Shown here: positions 29,682 to 37,301 of the stretch, piece after piece
Position numbering within the stretch: position 1 is the stretch's first letter
How the letters are laid out: every line of letters starts with the position of its first letter
Source: a virus
Virus record (IMG/VR): IMGVR_UViG_3300044614_002617
Location: 32,001 to 96,000 of that record
Reading direction: 5' to 3' (one strand)
Length of the DNA stretch: 64,000 nucleotides
The notes under the pieces: generated by a model
Databases searched by the model: none
What the model was told of the DNA's origin: nothing
The model's input: only the letters and a program-made list of their open reading frames with translations
Program-made: the position numbers and the translations under genes

Positions 29682-29708
29682 TAAAGTTCTTGCAACAAAA
29701 GACGATAA
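29682..29708 (+). promoter_or_regulatory. sigma28/FliA-type promoter
   Basis: TAAAGTT...GACGATAA with 15-nt spacer; heads island 29736-31036. Confidence 0.72.
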
Positions 29709-29735
29709 GATTTATGGTAAGCATGGGAGGTTCTC

Positions 29736-29804
29736 ATGCTTATTAGCTTTTTTTTAATTATTTTGATGGCTTACGTATTCGCCAGAACAGGGAGAACTTT
29801 ATGA
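29736..29804 (+). CDS. 22-aa hydrophobic peptide (not in ORF track)
   Basis: MLISFFLIILMAYVFARTGRTL; GGGAGG RBS; ATGA overlap with next gene. Confidence 0.45.
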   Translation: MLISFFLIILMAYVFARTGRTL

Positions 29805-29989
29805 AAATGATTTATACACTAATGGATTACGAAAACGGTAAACTAAACGCAGAAGAAACAATTAAATTGTTTCAGAATTTGATTGACAGTGGGCTTATTT
29901 TTGGTCTGCAGGGTCATTATTTGGAAGTAGCTAGAGATTTGGTAGAAGCTGGCTTGGTTAATCTCACAACTGCTGACATTGAGGAGTGA
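29801..29989 (+). CDS. Small hypothetical phage protein
   Basis: YENG.L..EE.I.LFQ.LIDSG....LQGHY...A..L.EAG motif. Confidence 0.6.
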   Translation: MKMIYTLMDYENGKLNAEETIKLFQNLIDSGLIFGLQGHYLEVARDLVEAGLVNLTTADIEE

Positions 29990-29991
29990 TT

Positions 29992-30144
29992 ATGGTAATG
30001 GAAATGTTTGTTAATAGAATTTTAAATATCTTGCTAAATAAAAATACACTTATTCATACAACAAAAGAAATAGCAGAAGCTCAAAACATGGCTCGCCGAG
30101 CAATTGCTACCTATGAGGCGGTTGTTACAGGGAATATCTTATGA
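29992..30144 (+). CDS. 50-aa hypothetical protein (not in ORF track)
   Basis: GAGGAG RBS, ATGA overlap with next gene. Confidence 0.5.
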   Translation: MVMEMFVNRILNILLNKNTLIHTTKEIAEAQNMARRAIATYEAVVTGNIL

Positions 30145-30305
30145 CCAATAAGCATGATGACGAAGAGGGTCGTCCACCAGAAACATTAAATGAAGCTCTG
30201 ATGTTTCTGGCCTACCACACAGGAATGTTTGCTTTAAAAGTGGCAGCTATTATTGCTGTCTGGGTTATGTTAGTAGACCTTTTAAGAAGCCTTATGATGC
30301 CCTAG
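30141..30305 (+). CDS. 54-aa membrane protein (not in ORF track)
   Basis: C-terminal hydrophobic helix; coupled to the previous ORF. Confidence 0.5.
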   Translation: MTNKHDDEEGRPPETLNEALMFLAYHTGMFALKVAAIIAVWVMLVDLLRSLMMP

Positions 30306-30314
30306 GGAGTTTTT

Positions 30315-30653
30315 ATGCTTAACATTATTATTATAGCTGGTATTGTTTTAGGTGGCATGTCTCTTTCCGCTGCAAAAAGAAAGCCATTGCCTGTAGGCAG
30401 CTGCATTGCCGATAAGTTACTCTGTAATGCAAACGACCCTAATCTTGATCCATGGCAAGTCGAGTGTTACAACGGCGCATTGCTGAGAATCGAGGCGGTC
30501 GGAAAGCATTCTTACAAAACGGGTTGCGTTGAAGAAACTTTTCATTGTAAAGGATTTGTTTCTTTTAGAGACGCAAGAGATTTTTTCTTTCCGATTGAAT
30601 GTCCACCCAAGGTGATGCGTCTTCGTAATTCCGTTCCGCTTCCAAAGGAGTAA
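30315..30653 (+). CDS. Cys-rich exported/membrane-anchored protein
   Basis: N-terminal hydrophobic segment, 6 Cys. Confidence 0.55.
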   Translation: MLNIIIIAGIVLGGMSLSAAKRKPLPVGSCIADKLLCNANDPNLDPWQVECYNGALLRIEAVGKHSYKTGCVEETFHCKGFVSFRDARDFFFPIECPPKVMRLRNSVPLPKE

Positions 30654-30656
30654 GCA

Positions 30657-30842
30657 ATGCCACAAACACTGATCTTGCTGACTTGTGTAATGGTGTTACT
30701 AGCTTGTTTACTTTATGTTGCCGACATGGCAAATAATTTTGTTGACACAGCGACTCAAATTTATTGCGAGCAACGAGCTGATTTTAGTAAATGCTCTCAA
30801 GAATTTAAAGAAAAAATGTCAACTCTGATGAAAAGGCACTAA
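30657..30842 (+). CDS. Small membrane protein
   Basis: N-terminal TM helix, AAGGAG RBS. Confidence 0.55.
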   Translation: MPQTLILLTCVMVLLACLLYVADMANNFVDTATQIYCEQRADFSKCSQEFKEKMSTLMKRH

Positions 30843-30856
30843 TTCTACGGTTTTTT

Positions 30857-31036
30857 ATGTCTCTAAATATTAAAAAGCTCAGAGAGCAAATAATTCTAAC
30901 AAAAGAAGGCGATGACTATGTCGCCACTCACCCTTCTCATCCTACACTTTCTGTTTGTGCACCGACAATTTTTGAAGCAGAGCAAGAAATCTTACAATAT
31001 GTTATGTATATGATTTTACTAGAAAATATAAAATAA
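30857..31036 (+). CDS. 59-aa HicB-like antitoxin N-terminal domain (not in ORF track)
   Basis: IILTKEGDDYVATHPSHPTLSVCAPTIFEAEQEI resembles HicB E.D..Y.A..P.LP.....G.T..EA. Confidence 0.5.
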   Translation: MSLNIKKLREQIILTKEGDDYVATHPSHPTLSVCAPTIFEAEQEILQYVMYMILLENIK

Positions 31037-31051
31037 AAGTTTATATTTTCT
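31021..31051. terminator. AT-rich hairpin between convergent genes
   Basis: AGAAAATATAAA-N7-TTTATATTTTCT. Confidence 0.4.
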
Positions 31052-31104
31052 GCTTTTGATTACATTCTGTGTAATCGTTAACAGAAAATACAAACCCAAG
31101 AAGT

Positions 31105-31557
31105 TCAAATCGGATTTGACATTTTTTGAATCAGACTAAGCGTTGTTTTAGCTCTGTAAATTTCGTATTTTTTACCCTCGATTGAGCATCTTTTCTCATC
31201 CTTGTGCATTGCAGCCTTAACTTGTTTTACCTCTTCTTCAATCTCAGGAGAATAGTTTTTGCCGTCCTCTAGCAGCACTTTTACGTAAACAGTAACCATA
31301 TCGTTACTTAAAGCGGCCACTGTTAGATAAGGTGCCCCAAGGGTTACGTTTGTTTTACTAGTAACCGCTGAACCAAGAGCATTTGCCATTTCGCTGGGAG
31401 AAAGCAATACAACTCCTAATGCGTCGGACGCTTTGGTTAGCTCAGCCACTTCATCAACGCAAGACGTTGTTGGCTCTTCAAGAATTTTATTAATAGCCAA
31501 ACCACTTAATGTTATTACCGCCGCTGCTGCCAAACCAAACTTTGTTACTCTTTTCAT
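31105..31557 (-). CDS. Membrane-anchored hypothetical protein
   Basis: N-terminal signal/TM segment. Confidence 0.55.
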   Translation of the reverse strand: MKRVTKFGLAAAAVITLSGLAINKILEEPTTSCVDEVAELTKASDALGVVLLSPSEMANALGSAVTSKTNVTLGAPYLTVAALSNDMVTVYVKVLLEDGKNYSPEIEEEVKQVKAAMHKDEKRCSIEGKKYEIYRAKTTLSLIQKMSNPI

Positions 31558-31847
31558 TACTCACCTCCTGTTTCATTATCGTATTTTTTATTAGAAACTT
31601 TAATATTTTCTTTATCGTCGCCATTCCACTCTTTTTTTACATGCTCATCTAATTTAGGCTTGTGTTTCAGCGGATAGTAATGATTTGTAATTACGTTCAG
31701 CACCATGGCTACATGCTGAGCTTTAAAACCTTCAGGCAATTTACTTGCCAGCTCTTCAGTTAAGTGATCAAAACATAATTTTTTTGAAAACATTGGAGTA
31801 ACCATCGCGTCGCATTTTTTGCATTTTTGCCACCGCTCATTTTCCAT
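31557..31847 (-). CDS. Hypothetical protein with CxxC...C..H
   Basis: AGGAG RBS. Confidence 0.55.
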   Translation of the reverse strand: MENERWQKCKKCDAMVTPMFSKKLCFDHLTEELASKLPEGFKAQHVAMVLNVITNHYYPLKHKPKLDEHVKKEWNGDDKENIKVSNKKYDNETGGE

Positions 31848-31858
31848 AAGTCTCCTAA

Positions 31859-32398
31859 TTAAAAAAAGATTTCTTCAAACTCTTCATAATCTTTTTCAAA
31901 AATTCGCATAGTCTTATCTTTGTCAGAAATAGCTTTTAAGATGGGGGTTTTGCCCACATTATCTATTTCCGTAAAAATCCACTTAGTTCTGGTGGACTTA
32001 TGAAACAAAACAGAGCCGACAGAAAACGGAAGTTTTTTTGATTTTTCGGTCTTTTTTTCTTCGGAAGTATTAGTGCGCGAATCATCCACCCACCCCCAAT
32101 TTTGTTGTGATGAGGGAGGATATGTAGTGGTGTTTGTTTGAGTCTTGGTTGACAGGTCTATTTTAACTAAGCTCAAAGACACGGGGTCTTGATACTCAAC
32201 AGTCGTTATCCATGCGTCATAAGTGCATGGAATCAATCTTTTAATCATACTGTCGTGCACACTATACTGACTGTATGTTGGGTACAACATTGTAAAATTA
32301 TGACAATCTTTACTGTCTACCGTTCCATCCGCCTGCAGAACAAACGAAGAGATTTGGTCAAAATACATATCGCCTTGGTCTAGTGGTTTTGCAGCCAT
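31859..32398 (-). CDS. Hypothetical protein
   Basis: GGAG RBS, 179 aa. Confidence 0.55.
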   Translation of the reverse strand: MAAKPLDQGDMYFDQISSFVLQADGTVDSKDCHNFTMLYPTYSQYSVHDSMIKRLIPCTYDAWITTVEYQDPVSLSLVKIDLSTKTQTNTTTYPPSSQQNWGWVDDSRTNTSEEKKTEKSKKLPFSVGSVLFHKSTRTKWIFTEIDNVGKTPILKAISDKDKTMRIFEKDYEEFEEIFF

Positions 32399-32527
32399 AC
32401 CAACTCCAACTGTTATTTTGAATAAAAATCAATTAAAAATCTTAACAAAGCCGGCAATATTAAAATTAATATAATAATAACAATGTCTTGCATTTTTACT
32501 CCTATATTTTTTTTAACTTGCAACCAC

Positions 32528-32556
32528 ATACTAAACCTGATATAAATGTCTTGCAA
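32528..32556 (-). promoter_or_regulatory. sigma70-type promoter
   Basis: TTGCAA-N17-TAGTAT on minus strand. Confidence 0.55.
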
Positions 32557-32643
32557 GCTCTTTTTGGTTTTTTAAAATTGTTTGTAAAAATCATAGACTT
32601 AAATATTAAAATAGGTATGCGTTTTTAGTACAAAGGAGAAAAC

Positions 32644-34875
32644 GTGAGCTATGTAGGCAAAAAACCTAGCTTTAAGCAGGTTCGCACAAATGAAATCGTT
32701 GTCCCAAAGGGCACCGACATTACTACAGCTGGAGTGATTACTGCTCTAGACGTTAGTAACATCAGTTTTGTGAAGCTTACGGCTGCTACTGAGTTGCAAG
32801 GCATCGTAGCGCCTGAGTCTCCGGCAATTGATGGTAAGTTGGTAACTATCGTAAACGCTTCTTCATCGGATTTGGTTATTTCTGATCAATCCGGCGGAGC
32901 GTCTGTAAATAATCGCATAGTTACCGGCACAAGTCGAAATATGCGAATTACCGCCGGCGCTTCTTTTACGGTCGCATATGATGTTGATTCGTCTCGATGG
33001 CGAGTTACCGCTACATCGGCAGATGTTAATATTGGTCGATTGGACGTTGGAACTGGCGCACTTGCTCTAAACTCAGAAGACGTCTCCCTTACTCCGGAAA
33101 ATATCAATTCATCTTTGATTGAGGTTACGGCGGGAACCGCCGCTAAAATTCGTTCCGTTGACACACAGAATGTCGGAAATCTTATTGTTTTTACCAACAA
33201 AACTGGTCAAATTTTTCAAATTAAAAATGAAGATACTGACGTACTCGTTGCGGAAAAGCGTATTCGCACTGGTACAGGCGGCCCAATCCTAATTCAAAAT
33301 AACGCCTCTGTGATGTTGGGCTACTTGGCCGATAGATGGCACGTAGTTGGTGGTACCGGATCGGGTGGTGGCGCCACGGAACAGGTTACACAAACTGGAA
33401 TTGGAAACTTGCTTACATATCCCGTTGGTACTCCACTTTATGTTGACACAACAACGGGTCTGTGGACAAAAGCAAGTGCCGTTTCGGCAGACGCTGCAGA
33501 AGTTGCAGGCCTTCTTGGTCGTAGCCTAAACACTAATTTTGCTGAAGTTGCTTTGGCGGGAGAAGTAAGCGAAGTAACCGCAGATGCCTTTGCGGAGGCC
33601 GTATTGCCACCCAAGGGCTCCGCTGTGTTTTTGTCTACCACAGCGGGAAAACTTACAGTTTCCGATGTGACTACAGTTGGGTGTATTAGTAAACCAGTCG
33701 GCATTGTCCATAATGTAACAGGAACATCTTCGGTTGATATTATATTTTACAATCAACGAGGGGTTGTTGTTGGCGGCGTAAACGCAAGAACACAAATTCT
33801 TCTTGGTGGCTCCCCAAGTGCGCCGGTTGTTACGCCAATTCAAAATGTTTCACAATACGAAGCGGGTGAGATTGCCGGTTGGATTACAATTAATGCGAGC
33901 ACTGATTATCAGTTTTATTTTCAAGCTCAGTTTACAAAAATTCCTAACACATCGAATTACAGTATTGCCGTTCCTCAAACAGTTGGGTCGACTCCTCCAG
34001 CGGGTTTTTCGATGGACGTTGTGTCAGGAGTCGTGCAAGTAACTTTGCCCGCGTTGGCTGGTTTTGTTACTGCATACGTCAATTTTGCTCTAAATGCACC
34101 GGCAGTTGGCGCAACACTGCCTTTAAGTATTAATTCAACGAGTGTGTATACAACATACAAAATGGTGTCTGGCGCATACAGTATTGGGAGCACGGACAGC
34201 TTAATTGCCGCAACCGGCGCAAGCACTTATGCTATTACCCTACCGACGGCTGTCGGTGCCTTGGGCGTTGCCTATACGATTAAGTCCGAAATGAACGCGG
34301 GAGTTGCGCTAACGGTTAACACAACAAGCGGACAGCTTATAGACACGGTTTCATCTAAAACACTAGCAACTGGCGAAGTTCTTAAGGTTGTAAGTGACGG
34401 AAATAAATGGATAGCTATTATTTCTCAACAAGACGTAACCGCAGCATTAACCGCATCTAGGGCGGTTCAAACGGATGTGGATAAAAAATTAGTCAGCGCT
34501 GGCTTTAGCTTGCCTGCTGTTGCCGGCTCTAATTTGCAATTTTTATCGTCCAATGGAGATGGAACTTCGTCTTGGAGAGACGTTATAAAGCTAACCGCAA
34601 CCACAAGCGGAGCCGTTGATGCAAGCCTAAGCGATTCTTTTATTCACAACGGGAGCGGCTCTAGAACAATTTCTGTCAGTAATTTAACGGATGGCCAGAC
34701 AATTAACATAAACGTGCAGGGCGCAAATGGAAATGTTATTAGTTGGACTACTACAGGCTTAACGCAAAAAACAGGAATAACTTATAGTAATACGATGATC
34801 AGCGTGAATAGCATTTTCACACTGTCTCGCTTTGGGTCAAATGTTTTTATTAGCTCTTTGCATGGATTTGGGTGA
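32644..34875 (+). CDS. Mosaic tail fibre/baseplate-appendage protein
   Basis: Shares a long block with 18960, a T4-fibre-like ITLP..DG.KW module with 37302, and its C-terminal domain with 27087/38712. Confidence 0.7.
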   Translation: MSYVGKKPSFKQVRTNEIVVPKGTDITTAGVITALDVSNISFVKLTAATELQGIVAPESPAIDGKLVTIVNASSSDLVISDQSGGASVNNRIVTGTSRNMRITAGASFTVAYDVDSSRWRVTATSADVNIGRLDVGTGALALNSEDVSLTPENINSSLIEVTAGTAAKIRSVDTQNVGNLIVFTNKTGQIFQIKNEDTDVLVAEKRIRTGTGGPILIQNNASVMLGYLADRWHVVGGTGSGGGATEQVTQTGIGNLLTYPVGTPLYVDTTTGLWTKASAVSADAAEVAGLLGRSLNTNFAEVALAGEVSEVTADAFAEAVLPPKGSAVFLSTTAGKLTVSDVTTVGCISKPVGIVHNVTGTSSVDIIFYNQRGVVVGGVNARTQILLGGSPSAPVVTPIQNVSQYEAGEIAGWITINASTDYQFYFQAQFTKIPNTSNYSIAVPQTVGSTPPAGFSMDVVSGVVQVTLPALAGFVTAYVNFALNAPAVGATLPLSINSTSVYTTYKMVSGAYSIGSTDSLIAATGASTYAITLPTAVGALGVAYTIKSEMNAGVALTVNTTSGQLIDTVSSKTLATGEVLKVVSDGNKWIAIISQQDVTAALTASRAVQTDVDKKLVSAGFSLPAVAGSNLQFLSSNGDGTSSWRDVIKLTATTSGAVDASLSDSFIHNGSGSRTISVSNLTDGQTININVQGANGNVISWTTTGLTQKTGITYSNTMISVNSIFTLSRFGSNVFISSLHGFG

Positions 34876-34878
34876 TAT

Positions 34879-35775
34879 ATGGCTTTTCCAATTGCTCATT
34901 TTCAAAATTTTATCGGTAGGGGTTATTTCGGTGGAGGTTTTTCCGGTAGTTTTTTAAACGAAATAGATGGTATACAATTTAATACTGAAGCTGCCATCAA
35001 CCCATCTGCAACTCTAGCGGTAGTTAGAATTAATTTGGCGGGCGTCAATTCAGCATCCAGGGGTTATTTCGGTGGAGGTTTTTCTGGCGGCGCCACATAT
35101 TCAAATGAAATAGATGGTATACAATTTAATACTGAAGCTGCCATCAACCCATCTGCAACTTTGGCGGTAGCTAGAACTTCATTGGCGGGCGTCAATTCAG
35201 CATCCAGGGGTTATTTCGGTGGAGGTTTTGATGTCAGTTCGGTAAACGAAATAGATGGAATAGATTTTAATACTGAAGCTGCCATCAACCCATCTGCAAC
35301 TTTGGCGGCAGCTAGAGATGGTTTGGTAGGCGTCAATTCGGCATCTAGAGGTTATTTTGGTGGAGGTGCATATACAAACGAAATAGATGGCATACAATTT
35401 AATACTGAAGCTGCCATCAACCCATCTGCAACTCTAGCGGTAGCTAGATTTGGAATGGCAGGCGTCAATTCGGCATCCAGGGGTTATTTCGGTGGAGGTT
35501 TTGATACTAACGGTCTGGTAAACGAAATAGATGGAATAGATTTTAATACTGAAGCTGCCATCAACCCATCTGCAACTCTAGTAGAATCCAGAGGCGGCTC
35601 AGCGGGTGTTAATTCGATGTCTAGGGGTTATTTTGGTGGAGGGTATTCTGGTAACCCTACATATTCAAATGAAATAGACGGAATACAGTTTAGCACTGAA
35701 GTCGTCACAAATCCATCTGCAACTTTGGCAGTAGCTAGAAATAATCTAGCAGGCGTTCAGTGGGGTGCATTATGA
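34879..35775 (+). CDS. Six-bladed Kelch-like beta-propeller repeat protein
   Basis: 6 copies of RGYFGGG-x-NEIDGI.F.TE...NPSATL...R...GVNS. Confidence 0.75.
   Translation: MAFPIAHFQNFIGRGYFGGGFSGSFLNEIDGIQFNTEAAINPSATLAVVRINLAGVNSASRGYFGGGFSGGATYSNEIDGIQFNTEAAINPSATLAVARTSLAGVNSASRGYFGGGFDVSSVNEIDGIDFNTEAAINPSATLAAARDGLVGVNSASRGYFGGGAYTNEIDGIQFNTEAAINPSATLAVARFGMAGVNSASRGYFGGGFDTNGLVNEIDGIDFNTEAAINPSATLVESRGGSAGVNSMSRGYFGGGYSGNPTYSNEIDGIQFSTEVVTNPSATLAVARNNLAGVQWGAL
34918..35760 (+). repeat. Six tandem coding repeats, spacing 132-147 nt
   Basis: Units start at 34918, 35059, 35206, 35347, 35479, 35623; near-identical DNA scaffold. Confidence 0.9.
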
Positions 35776-36395
35776 AATACTCTGAATTGGTAGAAAAAGA
35801 GCTTTTGGATAAATGCGAAGATATTCCGTTTGGCAATTCGCTATATCAGGACGAAAGTTTTGTCCTTAACACTTCTTATACGGATGCTCGAGCGGTTCGC
35901 AATATAGGCCTTGCATTATCTGCACGGGTTAGAGCGCTAAAAGAGTTGGAATACGGGCTAGAAACACTTCAAGTAGAACTGGAAGAGTTGGATTATAAAA
36001 TTGAAAATAGTCCAGATTCTTTTGAGCGTCGAAAGTTGGCTATAGAAAAAAGAAAAAAACAAGACGGCACTGCGTATACATTAAAGCTGCTAAAAGATAC
36101 GCTATATGAAATTGAATATTTTCGTAAAATATTAGAAAAATTACCAAAATTATCAAGAGCAGAGTTTGAAGAGCAAGAAAAACAATATTTTATGGAATCT
36201 TTAACTAGACAAGCAGTTGGGTTGAGCGAACCTGACAAAAACCTCGCAGCTATGGGGCTGAAAGAACGTCCAAAGGTAGACTTTATTTCTGCCACTTTAT
36301 CTGAAAAATTAAATATATCAGTATCCGCCGTTTTAGGCGGCATAGTCTTGCCATCCCACGAAAATATTCTTAAGCTAAGCGGAGGAGATGAATAA
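35772..36395 (+). CDS. Coiled-coil protein (putative chaperone)
   Basis: ATGA overlap; LQVELEEL...RRKLAIE...FEEQEK.YF. Confidence 0.55.
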   Translation: MKYSELVEKELLDKCEDIPFGNSLYQDESFVLNTSYTDARAVRNIGLALSARVRALKELEYGLETLQVELEELDYKIENSPDSFERRKLAIEKRKKQDGTAYTLKLLKDTLYEIEYFRKILEKLPKLSRAEFEEQEKQYFMESLTRQAVGLSEPDKNLAAMGLKERPKVDFISATLSEKLNISVSAVLGGIVLPSHENILKLSGGDE

Positions 36396-37054
36396 TGCCT
36401 ATAGTTTCAATGTTAGTAAGCGTTAATGGGCCTGGAACTATCCCTCTTGGTGCTGTTATTTCGATTGGCAATCCTGGGGCATGGGCTTTGCCCGCTGCGG
36501 GAGAAATCAAAGATGGATATGCTCTGTGTAACGGTCAAGCCTTTCCTGCCGGCAGTAGCCCGTTATTTTCTGGAACAATGCCAAACCTTTCAGACAGTAG
36601 ATTTTTGCAAGGTTCTAGTTCTGTGGGCGGAACAGGCGGTGCCAATAGCAAAACACTAGCGACCGCTGAGTTACCTGCACATACTCATACAATGGCACAC
36701 ACTCACGGTATAGATCATGACCACCCCAACGCTTCAACAGGCTCTAGCGGTGACCATGACCATAGAATTTTGTCTCCATTTGGAGGTGCCGGGAATGAAT
36801 ACTTAAGTTGGAATACTGGACCCGATAACAACTACGCGGGACCTGAATTAAATGCAACTAATTCGCCTCCAGACAACTTTTCTTTAGTTAGAACGGAGTA
36901 TTTAGGTAGTCATACACACAGTTTGGATTTACCAAATTTTACTGGAACATCTGGAGCCGCTTCTAATTCAACGACGAGCCCCGTTGGCTCTGGAACTTCT
37001 TTTGATATTCGTCCACAATACTTTAATGTTGTTTATTTGATGAGGGTAATTTAA
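36395..37054 (+). CDS. Phage tail collar domain protein
   Basis: GYALCNGQ...MPNL...FLQG...ELPAHTH...HxH repeats...RPQYFNVVYLMRV. Confidence 0.8.
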   Translation: MPIVSMLVSVNGPGTIPLGAVISIGNPGAWALPAAGEIKDGYALCNGQAFPAGSSPLFSGTMPNLSDSRFLQGSSSVGGTGGANSKTLATAELPAHTHTMAHTHGIDHDHPNASTGSSGDHDHRILSPFGGAGNEYLSWNTGPDNNYAGPELNATNSPPDNFSLVRTEYLGSHTHSLDLPNFTGTSGAASNSTTSPVGSGTSFDIRPQYFNVVYLMRVI

Positions 37055-37055
37055 T

Positions 37056-37292
37056 ATGGAATATGTAATTGTTTATAAATACAAGGCATCTTGGTTTTGG
37101 AAAAAACAAAAAGTAACCGGTCACTCCTATAATAAAGAAGTGGACAAGCTAGTTCTCTTTAAAAAAGACGGTTCACTTGAAGAGGTTGCGGAGTGGTCTA
37201 AGCATCACGTTAAGTTGGGTGTGGACTTTGTTGCTGCGCAAAAAAAGCAAATGGAAAAAGAAACAGGAACAGATATAAAGTTAAATGTATAA
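37056..37292 (+). CDS. Hypothetical protein
   Basis: 78-aa ORF in operon. Confidence 0.55.
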   Translation: MEYVIVYKYKASWFWKKQKVTGHSYNKEVDKLVLFKKDGSLEEVAEWSKHHVKLGVDFVAAQKKQMEKETGTDIKLNV

Positions 37293-37301
37293 GGATTTAT
37301 T

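Noticed and set aside
34873-34881. In-frame TGA-TAT-ATG junction suggesting readthrough fusion of 32644 and 34879
   Set aside because: The equivalent junctions at 27482 and 39131 are not in frame, and GGGTGA can serve as an RBS
34918-35760. Regular repeats with variable inserts resembling a CRISPR array
   Set aside because: Units are in-frame 132-147 nt coding repeats with long constant parts and very short variable parts; no cas genes
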